Assembly: GCA_030704615.1 (NCBI GenBank)
Contig: CM060733.1
Location: forward strand, 36,208,001 to 36,272,000
Source of the DNA: Takakia lepidozioides
Lineage: Eukaryota > Plantae > Bryophyta
Direction: 5' to 3'
Length of the DNA: 64,000 nt
Below, in pieces: positions 25,207 to 37,825 of the stretch. The notes beneath the pieces were generated by a model. It had not been told where the DNA came from. It ran no database searches and saw only the letters and a program-made list of their open reading frames with translations. Each line of letters opens with the position of its first letter. The stretch's first letter is position 1. The position numbers and the translations under genes are program-made.

Positions 25207-26776
25207 TCAGCGAGGGAGAGGCTCAGTGGCCTTAGTGAGCCAATCCAACTCAGCACCTGACAGGTATGGGCTAACCTTCTCCTGGCATGTCAGATGATAC
25301 TCATCAATCCAGTTTTTCTCAGTCTCAGACAGAAGTGATACATCCATCAGCTTTGTTTGGTAAGGAACCTGCACAGATGACAAAGGCAGACTAGGGGTGA
25401 GAAAACGTACTCGTTTGCCATAGCACTAGGGGCGAGAGAGGATGGACTAATGCCGTTCCCTGCAAATGTTTGCTTGCCATAGCCTTACAGCCATTGACCT
25501 CGCGGGAAACTAACCCTCCCACAGCCTTTTGTGGGGTTGGCATCCACCAGGGTTTAGGGTTGGGAGAGAGAATGTGCTCATAAGACGTTGTTTGCCGTAG
25601 CCTTGTAGCATAGACCCCACGCCCAGTTTGGGCGGAACAGGGGTGAGAGAGAGAGCGAATGTACTCATAAGCCGTTGTTTGCCATAGCCTTGTGGCCATT
25701 GAGAGAGAGAGAGAGATTGTACTCATAAGACGTTGTTTGCCGTAGCCTTGTGGCCATTGACCCCGCGCCCAGTTTGAGCGGGAATAAAAGGGACAGAACC
25801 TACCTCTGTCAGGGGCTGACGTTGGTAGTAAGACTTACCTCCATATAAAGAATTAATCCGGGTTTTCCAGATATCCTCTAGAAATCCCTTCACACAAGCA
25901 TCAATCTGCTCTGTGTGATTTGCCCAATAACTAGGCCTCAGGAGGGCCTGGGCTTTTGGCTCAGCCTCGAGACTTTCAAAGTTGGTAAACAGGGGTACAG
26001 GCACAATTCCCTTAATAGATTTGAAGAGAGCGTCTCTTTGGTGAGAGAACCCCGGACAGTGTATCAGAAAATGAATACTGTCTTCAGATTGCCCACACAA
26101 TGGGCAATTGCACTCTCCCTTTCCTCTCTGCTTCTGTTTGCTGTTCAAAGGTAGGCTTCCTGCCCTGAGTTTAAATTTCAGTCTAGTGCCGAGAGTGGGT
26201 AGACCCTTGAGGTCATCCAAGATGTCCTCCCCCATGTCACAGACTGGAAACAAGTTCAGGGAAGTTTTCTGCCTAACTTGATTTTCATCAGACAATCTCA
26301 TGGCAACAGACATGGCTGAGGACACTACAGCCTCTAAGTCAGATTTATCCAGCAGGGTCAAGACTTGCGGATCCAGGTCCAGGTCCTTGAGGATCTCTTC
26401 TACTCTCTTCTGCCAGGACTTAGCCTGTTTGACAGGGCGGTCCTGTTTCCAAGATATAGAGTCGATTAATTTAGGATATCTGGTGTTGGGCATATGTTGC
26501 AGCTGACCCCACCATCTGACCTTGAATTCATCTCATCGGGAGCTTAAGGACGGAATGCCAAACTCACCCCAAACAGCCACATTGGCTGTTTTGGAGCATG
26601 CTGACATACACTCCTTAAGCACCCCCACTTGAATGGATTCTAGAGACTTAGCCTGGTTGGAGTTATCAACCCATATAGCAGATCCGTACTCCAAGGCAGG
26701 TCTAATAACGCGACAAAGCATGGTTTTCTTAACCTCAGAGTTGACCCCTCTGCAGTGGAAAAATTTAGTGAGCCCC

Positions 26777-26807
<31 letters not shown>

Positions 26808-29800
26808 AGTTCTACTCATTGAAGTCGCTGTGAATGTGGGCTATGACGTGCATAGGCATAGTTCCATAGGATCCTAACCATGGCAGAACCAGTTGTTTGG
26901 TTTCCGTCCAACAGGGTATACGGCAGAAATTACCACCACACTCGCACACAGCAATGAACTGGCTAGGGCGAATTGTGTATGTGATGCTCTACCTCTCTTG
27001 ATGACAACGGAGGTTAAAAAGAAAAGGAAAACGGAAAGAAAAGGGGTGGGGGATAAGGTGAGAGAGACAGGAGAGAGAGAGAATGTACGTATAAGACGTT
27101 GTTTGCCGTAGACTGGTGGTCATTGACCCCGCGCCCAATTTTAGCGGAACACAAAGGGACGGAACCTACCTTTGTCAGGGGCTGCCGCCGGTAGTAAGAC
27201 TTACCTTGGAATAAACAATTGATCTGGGTTTTCCAGATATCCTCTAGAAATCCCTTTACACAAGCATCAAACCTGCTGTGTGGTTTGCCCAATAACTAGG
27301 CCCCAAAAGGGCCTGGGCTTTTGCCTCAGCCTCAAGACTTTGAAAGTTGGTAAACAGAGGTACAGGCACAACTCCCTTGATAGATTTGAAGAGAGCGTCT
27401 CTCTGGTCAGAGAACCCCGGACGATGAATGAGGACATGAATATTGTCTTCAGGTTGCCCACACAACGGGCAATTGCACTCTCCCTTTCCTCTGCTTCTGT
27501 TTGCTAGAGTTTAAATTTCAGTCTAGTGCCGAGAGTGGGTAGACCCTTGAGGTCATCCATGATGTCCTCCCCCATGCCACAGACTGGAAACAAGTTCAGG
27601 GAAGTTTTCTGCCTAACTTCATTTTCATCAGGCAATTTCCTGGTAACAGACATGGCTTTGGAGACTCCAGCCTCTAAGTCAGATCTAAGAGAGAGGGAGA
27701 GAGGGAGAGAGCTGACCCAAGTGATGTGCTCAAAGGCAAGATAGCCCTTGTCACCAAAGTTGTGCTTTGACTGCACCTCCTTCACAATCAACACATTCTC
27801 TATCCTCACTCCAAAGTTGCCATCCTCATAATACCCAGGCTCTGCATAACCCACCATCAACAAAATAATACTTGAGAGTGACCTTTGGATCCTAGGAATT
27901 CTGTGAGAATATTCTCAGAAATCTGACCATAATGTAAAACCTGTAGCACCAGAGAATGGACCTGTACCCTCCAAGGAACTATCTTATAGTATATGCACAA
28001 CTGGACATCTCAGTTGGAATTTTTTCTTCAAGTCCACAAAACAAAGCTCCTTGGTGTTACAGACGTTATGAAGCTCCAAAAAGCCTGAAGGTCCAAAGAT
28101 GGCCTAAGACATTATTACCAGTTCTGGCCAGAGGAACGAATCATAACACTCATCTTGTCAGCAGCATGACGATAGCCCAGGTTGAACAAACTAGTGGTTT
28201 CACTACATTATGATGAGAGGGGTTTCAGTTTCACTACAATTTCAAGCCCACCAATCACTGAGGAGAACTCCATTGCACCACATAGTTGAATGACAAAAGC
28301 TTCGTCTCCAAAATGCTATTAGTATTTATTATCGAGATGGAAGGAAGCAAACACTATAAAGTGAATAAGATAATTACCATCTGTGACTGTCATTGATGCC
28401 TGCAGAGCCACATTCCGGGCTTGTGGCCTGAAACTTATCAGATGGGGCCCTGCCCACCCAAAACATAGACACAGCCAACACAGTTTGCACAGTACAACGT
28501 ATCAGCCAAAACGCTAAGGCAAGGTTTAATGAGATAGTTGATGATTAATGAAAGCAATGGCATCAACTAATACTACAGTTTCATGAGGAGCACAGCCAAG
28601 TTGTCGTAAACAGTAAGAGTATCCCACCTTTCACACATGATGAGTTAAACAATGGGAAAACAGAACAATTTGGCAATTGACTTGTAAAAGGACCAATTGG
28701 AGTGACTGGATGAGCAGGATGAAGGATTCACCAACCTTCATGGACATTGAGGTAGCAACCAACCCCATGGCCTGTGCCATGCCGATAGTCCAGCCCCTCC
28801 TTCCAAAGCGGCACTCTTGCTAAGATGTCAAGTGCATGCCCTGCAAAGACAGCAAATCACACATCATTTCTATGAAGCTGAGGATTACATCTCCGAAGAT
28901 GTTCGCAACTCTTGACATCATGAAGCCCCTCACCCCTCCCAATGTGCAGACAGAAGACTGTCCATGTGAACTCATTGAACTACAACCTAGAATGTGCAAT
29001 ATGAATCCGCAGCTATCTCTATGCCAGCAGCTGGTGCCACTCCCAAACAACAGCATGAATCCAGGTGAATATCAGAGATATGCAAAAGCTACTAGGCGAA
29101 GATCAACTTACCAGTGGTGCCATTTGGAAAGACTGCCATATCCAAAGCAATGTGGCCCTTCAGCACCTGAAGCTCCAACACAATAGACTTGAGTAAGACA
29201 GTAGACAGACAGAGGTTAGGCAGAAAGCAAAGGTCATTGTGATTACACGTCCAGAAGAAAGTGCACAAGGTGGTTTGGTAGGGACATATAGATGGTATCA
29301 TTCTATCACTGGCCAGACACATGACATCAACTCTACAATCATGTGGCCAACACACTGAAGCAACAACCTGAGAAATTTGGGTATCTCATTCTTGGGCTAA
29401 GAAATGTGAAAAAGATGTAGATTTAGATGCTCCTGTAGCACCCACAGAAACATTGTAGAGCCCATAGGCATGCAGAGCGCTTATTCCTCTTTCAGCAGAA
29501 TGTAGAGGCTAAACCAGCAAAAGTTTTACCTCACCCTTTACAGAAGGTCCCAACACTGCACTCCAACTTACTCTAAGTTGCACTAAACAGTGGCCTTGTC
29601 AGGACTGTCAAAAAAAAATGAGGCGATCAGAGAGATTAGGTACCTGAGTGGCACAAGCCTTCTCATGTGCAGAAGGTTTACCAAAGTGCATGGTCCGCGT
29701 GATATCTGTGGTCCCATCCAAGTACTTCACACCAAGGAAACCACCGGCAACTGAGTGCATGATAGGAGAGCAACCTTATTCAATCAATTGGGGCTCTCAA

Positions 29801-32800
29801 TTTAAGTACACTAAATGTGTAATTGCGTGATTTCAAGTTGTTATCAGATCAATATTTGGTTTTAAGTTTGTTCTATGCGCTAATGGCTATTGCTAGAGTT
29901 CAACCGACTGTTTAGTGTAAGTATGCCTGTTATAATGGACTACTGCTCCTGTAACTTTCTGGATGTCAATTCAAAGTCCGCAACCTTTCGGCATGGTAGA
30001 GTAAGCACAGAAACCCTAACAAAAGAACAAAATTCTTCACAAATGGTGCACTGATACATCAACAAGCACTTTGTTTGTAGCTGAACCAGGTACCAACCAA
30101 TGCTCTACAGGGCAAGAGGACCAAACAATATATCAAGGACTAAGGCCAACATACCTGGCCCCCAGAGTCGCAGAGGTACATGGCATCAGGCTGCATTTCT
30201 GCACAGGTCTCTGGTTTGGCTGCATAGTGAATTATGGATGCATTTCCTCCCACAGAACTGATTGTTTCAAAGCTCAAACCCCTAAAATGCTGCTCTCCAC
30301 TCCAACAACCAGCACCAAAGTGCATCTTTCAGAAACTCCATACATCAAAACCATACCAGCTATTGCAAATCCAACTTCCATTCAATTTCATCAAGCATGG
30401 TTTCAGACAATCTTACTGTTGGAACGTCGGCAACAAAACCTGCAACCTGCTCATGCATATAATGACCCTAGCAAATCACCTCAACCAAAATAAATAGGAA
30501 GGTAAGAATGTAGAATCAGAACGAGGAAGGACAGAACTTGCAGACAGCACAGCTTAACTATTCCTCAATACGGGTTTACCGACCCAAGCAGATAAAGCTG
30601 AAGTAAGGTGGTGTGGTAACACGGCATCACAATGGACCATGTGTGTAAAGCTGTAAGCTTTGGATGGTCAAAACAAGGATATAGGAGTTATTGACCTCTT
30701 GCTTTGATCGAAAATCCTCCAACTTGTCACTCACAGTTACTTCTGTCAACTTCTCCTCCTCCCTGCAATTGCGAGAATACACAAAACAATTAAAACAAGG
30801 CAAATTTATTAGTGTAGTTCTCACTGAAGCAGGCCCGCCAGCCTGTGGGCTCTCAGGGGCAACATGTGAGTATGAAAATGCCTTCCTGGAGTCCCCAGGA
30901 GGTTCTGACGTTCTGACACTGCAAGCTAAGCAACAGCATTAATCCTTGACCATTGGCCTCAGTGAGTACATACAGTCACAGAAGGAGCCATCCATATGGC
31001 TACAAGCTTAACTTTAATTCATTCATATAACCTCAAAAGATTAGAGCAAAATAAGTGAGGAAGTCACGCACGAACGCTTCCGTTTGAGGGAACCCTTGAC
31101 CTCTGAAAAATAGCCTGCTGCTCCGTACAAGTCCTTCATCTGTACAGTACATCAACACGATACCAATCCTTAACTTGTATGACTTCTCCACAATATCAAA
31201 TTTAGTCCAAAGTAAGGTTCAAGTATCATAGGAAACAGGGGAAACTGATTGGCACAGTATTATTAAGGTGATGATATGCAGCATCCACATCTACTCAATC
31301 TAGTTCTAGTCTGGACGCACTCCATCCCCCCATTTAATTACCACAGCATTACCATAACCTTAGGAAGCCAATGGTCTAATGGGACATGAATAAGAAACTA
31401 CTTACAGCGGACGCATATATGCAAACCGGAACAAGTGGATACCTGGGTGTCAAGCCAAGCAAGATAAGAAACAACAGCTGCTCCATCACGAATATGGGCT
31501 TTCCTCAAACCCTCTAGCTCCACTGGATGCTGTACTACAACCGTCCACTAGTTAATGTTTACCAGCTCACACGGCTGTCAGCGAACAGACTCACTTGCGA
31601 AGGCACAGTGAACATATTCACATGATTGTCCAGTTAAAAAAAGGGATTATCCCCTGAGTAGCTCATGCACACTCAAAAACCAACATGGTTTGTGACAAAG
31701 AAACAAAGTCCTGAGAAGTGCATTTAGCCAAACAGAGTATACTACCTGAATGTGCCTCGCAGAATCAATAAGGGAGAAAGGTAGGTGGTTATAATCCCAT
31801 GTTAGAAACTGATATCAAACCTTACCATAACAAAGCATCTGCAGTGCCTCTATATCTTCGAAGTGATTTACTGAATGCAGGGCAGTCAAGAACTGTTTGT
31901 CCTAGCCATTGTTCCTCGTCTTATTACTGATCCGGATCTATCATGATGGGTGCGAAGGAATGAGCAGAAGCCTTCACAAAATACGAGACCATACAGCTCA
32001 CATAACAATCAAGTCGATCATGGAAGGCACATCTCAGCAATTGGCCACAAGAAAATGAAATTTACCTTCAAAGCTTTTGCAAGTGCAAGGGGTGACTGCT
32101 GCAGCAAGACTCGATCAACTGGAAGATGAGAGTAGACAACAAAACTGCATGTGCCTGGGTCAATCCATATCAATGTTTCCCTGTCTATATCTGCAACATC
32201 ATCAACAGAAGCAATGACAATATCTTCCCCATTGTCGTCATGCTTTGCCAAGAAGTCCTCCAAACTATCTACTGCATCACGCTGCTCAGATCCTGCCACC
32301 TTGTCATCATTCTGGTGGCCATTTTCTTGATTTTCTGTTGACCCATCGATTACAATTTCCTTTCTAATTGGTCCATTGCTTGTAGTTTTCCTAAGAACAG
32401 GAGGCTGCTCTGAAGCCAGAGCCTCCACATCCTGGAGGAAGGCCTGATAATCTCGTATTTCTACTCCATTCTCAAATAGATACTGCTCAACCTGCAACCA
32501 TCCCCCACTAATAATCAGTCAGTATTTTCACACCAGTAGGGTTTGTAGAAAATTTCCATCCAACCACTCACAATTCAATCTCAAATGCGAAAGAATGGAG
32601 TCATGGCTACACAGAATCAGATTGCCCCAACCGAGGTTAATCAACCGAAAAAAGAATAACAATGAAATCTCCCAGGTGCCATGTAAAAGCAGGATAGGAT
32701 TTCCATCATCAGCAAATTGATAGCACATTCTCAAACTAGGAAGCCCTAACAATGGGTTAGCAAAAATAGGGTCAATGACAGAGTGGTGCAAAATGTAGAA

Positions 32801-35549
32801 GCCCCTCTTATGGAGGGGCTATAACTGACAGTACTTTGTTGAGATTCTAAGTAGCACATTCTTGGCATTTTATAGAAATGACGAAATTGTGAAAGAATGA
32901 CAGAAAGGACACTCCTGTCTAGAGAACAGGCAAGCTTAGTTTAAATGAAAGCACCTCCAAACCCATTTTGCGCTTATCCACATAGTAAAAGGCAGAGTTG
33001 AGGGTAACAATTCCAAAGGCATGAACCACAGGGTTGTAAAGCACATCCCCACCGCGCAGATTGTAAAGCCATGCCACCTGTACACCCATACATACACTTA
33101 ATTAAGCAGGTCACTGGGGTCACTATTGTACACAAGCAACAACTTTTCAAGTACAGCAACAAGAGAGTCAATGATTCTGCTCAAAACGGATCTTAGAAGG
33201 AAAAAAAGCAAAATAACATGCTACAACATAACATATGTGGCACCTGTAAGATACTTGGAATTTACTCAAAACACAGGAAAAGTCCCAACCTTGTCAAAAC
33301 GTTTCATTTTACCATCCCTGCATTGAACAAGCCTAGGCTTTCCACTAATAGCTGGAAAATCTTTGTTGTCAGTTTATCACAGCTATTGCCAAAGTCAGCC
33401 GAGGAGTTGGGTTGAGGACAGGGAGGGCTAAAACCTCATCGAGAGTTGTAACAACAAATGCGAAAGCCTTTCCTTGTCTCAGCTTCTCACGCAGGTCACT
33501 AATCTTCTCCTTGGCAGACCGCCCAGTAAACTCCAAAGGATGATGAACGATAGGGGCAGTTTTTGGCGCTGGACGGTCCTCCCAAACCTTGTCAACAAGG
33601 TTCTGCTGGAGCTGCAACAGCTTCAGCCCACGCTTCGCGAAGGACTGTTCCCATCGATGTGCTGTGTCCACTGATATGCACCAGGGGTCGATCCCCACTG
33701 CTGCATCCTTGTCCAAGTTCTGCATGTGATGGAGGCCAACACTCAAACTTAAGGCAGATCCACAATTTGTTTCAAACTAATTCCTCATCTTTGACAGGAA
33801 AAAGAATATTGATTTTCCCCGTGAATGCCTTATGAATGGACTTAATACCTTGCTACCAAAGAGGACGAAATCCTTATGGGAGCTTTTGAAAATTGGAGAT
33901 GCTGCTGTAACTAACACAAGAGTTGGGTGTTCTTGTCCAACTGCGGGTGGAAGAAAGGAGTTGTAAAATTTGTAGCACCTCTAAGACACTGATTCAGGAT
34001 GGACTAACAACACTTCCCTCTGGAAATTGTGACCTCCCAAAACAGAACCTGATGCATCACACCTCAAGACTCGAAGTTTAACAATAGTCCCAGATTCAAT
34101 AACATGATCTGGATTTTGCTTGTATGGGCCTCGTTTAATAAATTTATCCTGAGCTTCATTCACAATGTGCACTATATCTATCATTACTATCAGGCAACCG
34201 AATTGCCCTGTAGCTGCTAAAAGCTGATTCCACTAGTATCATAAACGACTAGTTAAACAACCATACTAAAGGTGGGAGGGACGCACATCAGCAAGCCAAG
34301 TCTCCAAAGGAGGATCTTCTCCAATGCGCATCAACTTCCAGCGGCTACTCAGCTGTTGAGTGGCCTGCAAAAAGTAACGCCCATCGGTCCAGAGCAGTGC
34401 TTCGGTTTTTGTGATCATTGCAACCCCTGCATCAGCACCAAATGCATCCCCAACAAATGATTAACTCCCTTCATTTTCATCCAAAGTGTAACAAGCAAAT
34501 CATGCAACTGTGTTGGACATACCAGCACTGCCGCTGAAGCCTGATACATACTCACGCCGCTTATCAGCATCGGCCACATACTCACTCTGTAAACAAGAAA
34601 GGAAGCAGCCCAGAATCAGAGTCGCTTCTATTTTACAGACTTCATGCATACCCCCTACTATCGAGGGCCAAATATTCCACCATAATGCTGAGGAATCTGG
34701 TTTCATCAGAAAGAAAACCCGTGTTTCATAAAATCAAAAAAGCCAAGTCTAAGAAAAATCCTGCTTTTGAGTGTTTGGATGTGCTATTCCAATTTCGCGG
34801 GCCAACTCCATCTGCCTTGCACTGCATCTCCTCTTCATGCAGCCCACTGACTTCCTTTCTTTTCATGGATTATTCGTAACAGTTTCAGACAAAATTGAGC
34901 AAAGCTGGATCACTGATAGACAGGCTTCATACTTTTAAAATAATTAGGAGGAACTGAAAGGGAGTACAGCCGGGTAAATTAGAATTTCAAGTATCTTGGT
35001 TCCACAAGAGAAGCGGGAGCATCACCAGATCTGGCTGCATCGCCACACATGCTAAGCGAAATATCAAATAATGGCCTTTCCAAGAGTGCGAAGCTCTTAT
35101 GCGAGACAAAACTATCAATAATTAAACACAGTACTAGAGACAGAGGGTAAGAAAAGAGAAGCCAGCCTCCTGTCCAACGAGTATCGATCGAAGGCCGGGG
35201 AAAGAGACGAAGGGAGACCACAACTCCAATCTAGGTGATATTAGTCATCGAAATTGACCTCTAAACAGGAGACATTCTAACATTCTACTATGTGTAAACC
35301 CCATTTCACAAGGTAACATAAACCTCGCAAAGCAGCGATCTCCGTCAACCACGTAAGACCATAGACCATACTTTCCACCCCACCACGATAACATATACAT
35401 AAATCGGGGATGCCGGAGGAGGAAGAATAGGAGAGAGACCCTGCCTGGTGAGCATCTTCCGAAGGAACCACCAAGGCATGAAGAGCAGGAGAATAACTTT
35501 CCATCAAAGGCCTCAAAGAATCCAGAGGATCTGCTGCTCGAGACCCCAT
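25207..35549 (-). CDS. APP1: Xaa-Pro aminopeptidase P (peptidase M24B), multi-exon
   Basis: Start [16 protein letters not shown]...VVPSEDAHQ; [22 protein letters not shown]; [11 protein letters not shown]; [12 protein letters not shown]; DGTTDITRT; [11 protein letters not shown]; [16 protein letters not shown]. Last exon VPYQTKL...[11 protein letters not shown] ends at 25207. Confidence 0.93.
25717..26780 (-). mobile_element. 5'-truncated LINE copy (~1.06 kb) in the last APP1 intron, flanked by (GA)n on both sides
   Basis: Near-identical to 58785-59830. Encodes [12 protein letters not shown] and [19 protein letters not shown] tracts at 25701-25716 and ~26777-26802. Confidence 0.92.
27083..27686 (-). 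mobile_element. 5'-truncated LINE copy (~0.6 kb), GA-flanked
   Basis: Same 3' sequence as 25717-26345. GA-rich tracts at 27071-27082 and 27688-27711. Confidence 0.9.
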
Positions 35550-37825
35550 GATTGCAGCCTTCACTCCGAGCTCTGGCGTGATTTGCAAATACGTCTGGAT
35601 CCAACAACACACCTCCAACTACAAGATCTGTTGCAGAAACAGACGATGAACATGATGCCCTAAACCTTGTCAGGACTCTTTCCAACTCATCATAAGATAG
35701 TGTCGACGTGTCACCTCTACTCATTCTGACATGTCATTCGAGACGTCATTTTAAGAGAACGTGTTCCCCTTCAGAGATGCCATCGTCCTAGAAATTTCGG
35801 CTCGGGTCCCAATGATACGTGGTCCAGGGGTCAATAAAAGCTCATTAATAACTTTTTCCCTCCAATAATTCTCCCCCGCCTTCGTTTCACTGGGTAGCTT
35901 GTAACAAAATTTGAGGGAAAAATTTAATATGGTAACATAAAATGAAAAGAAAATAGAAACAAAATCTTAATAATTCCAAATAAAGTTATTTCTGTTCCTG
36001 TACAAAACCGAAAGAAGAAGATGAATAAATAAGTAAATAGAAAATCCCAAAAAAAAAAAAAAAAAACCCTGTAAATTTCCTTGGCCCGTTTCTCCAAAAA
36101 TAATCAGGCACCAGTTGTCAGACCCCCTGGGGTTTGTTTACCCGTAGAGCTGACAGCATTCTATTACTAGAAAAACCCCAGGTAAAGCAGCTGTCGGAAG
36201 CTAAATTGGAAAACTGGCACAAGAAAGAAAGAGGGGATACAGAGCTGACTGTAGAAATTAAGTTTCGATCCCGGAACTCGTCCATTTCTGATGGTTCGAG
36301 GTAACCGACAAGTGGCACTCTACAAGACCAACACGTTATACAGCCAAAATTCTTATAGAATGTCTTATAGAATGTTAACAAGGGTGGATTCTACTTGCAT
36401 AAACTTTCGGTAACTTAATCCGGTAACTTTCGACGGTAACTCTCTGGTGTAATGCCTTCCCGCGAAATAGGGTTCCTGTCCAAAAGAGCAATAATTAATT
36501 TTAGCGGGAAGATTTCCCGACATAGGTCGGGCAGCATGTCAGGCGGGTGGAAATTTTGGGGCTGGTCAGTTTCCGCAGTGGGGACTCAGATAGTAGATGA
36601 CCAGTTTTTCATCCTGGGGATGGATTTCATCAAAGAACATGCAGGGGAGAAGAGACAGAGCAAGAAAGGAAGAGTGAGCACAAGAAAGAAAGAGAGGGAG
36701 AGAGAGACAGAGAGCTGCAGCAGCTCTTGATCGCCATAGCCACAGGGTAAGCAAAGGCCGGCACTCTGGAGATCTTGAATGGGCTGCTGCGGAAGAGAAA
36801 TAGGGAGCATTCTTGTTTGGTAGCTCAACTGGCAATACAGACAAGTGAAAATTATTTCAGAGAAATGAGTTTAGATGATGTTGAGTGTGAGGTAGAGCAG
36901 GCTGCTTCCAGTGCGAGCAAGATAAGAGCATGCATGTTTGGTTACCTCAACCTGCATTATTGACAAGTGACGATAGAGGAATGACGTTGAGATGAGGTTT
37001 CAGTGTGAGGTAGAGCAGTCTTGCTCCCATTGCTCTCCCCCTTTCCTCACGCACGCCGCGTCTCTTCCAATCCAGTAGGTGGCTACATTCCAAGACCGTC
37101 TTCCATATCGAGATTAGCGTGTGTGAATTGAATTTGAAGAGCATGCCAGTATGAAAGTCGGATTGTTGCATGCATGCTGACAGTATCCTGGAGCGGGAGC
37201 TTAAATCTCAGAGTGTCGGACTTGGCTGAGCATTGAAGTCGTGCATTGGTTGGCTGGATATGTTTATTTCTACGTACTGAATGATTGAATTGCAAGCATC
37301 TCAGCTAGGTAGATGGATCTTTGAAGTGTGCTGCAAAGGTAGTCTAACCAAGCTTGTCCTCCTGGATATATTCTGTGAGTGCTATTCATACTAGAATAAT
37401 ATTTTTAGCTTCGCTGACTTACTCGGCATTTGTGCTTTGTATTTCAGAGTCTTTTTTTTTGACATTTTTTTGACAGTATTGTAGGCCCAGGTGGAGATGG
37501 AGGGCAGAAGTTATTTAGAATCTCACAAGTTTATGTCAGAGGACTGAAATCTGCTCGATTTTACTGAAGGAAACACCTCTGGTTAGCAGTTTCTAGCGCC
37601 CCAGCTCTAAAGAGCCCAATGTGTGCTTTCCAAGTGGCTGTGAAGTATTGAAAGGGCACTTGTGCATGAGCTCTCCCGCTCACATCGACAACTCGAGAGG
37701 GACATTCAGAGGGGGGAGCACGACACTTTGCTCCAAATCGGATGGAATCATTCCTGGGAGCACTTTGTTCCAGAGTAGTAGCCCATTTTTGACAAAAGAG
37801 TGTCTTTTTCAAACAATCCACCACG

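Noticed and set aside
25549-25564. Telomere-like AGGGTTTAGGGTT
   Set aside because: Under two units; such short telo-box-like motifs are common.
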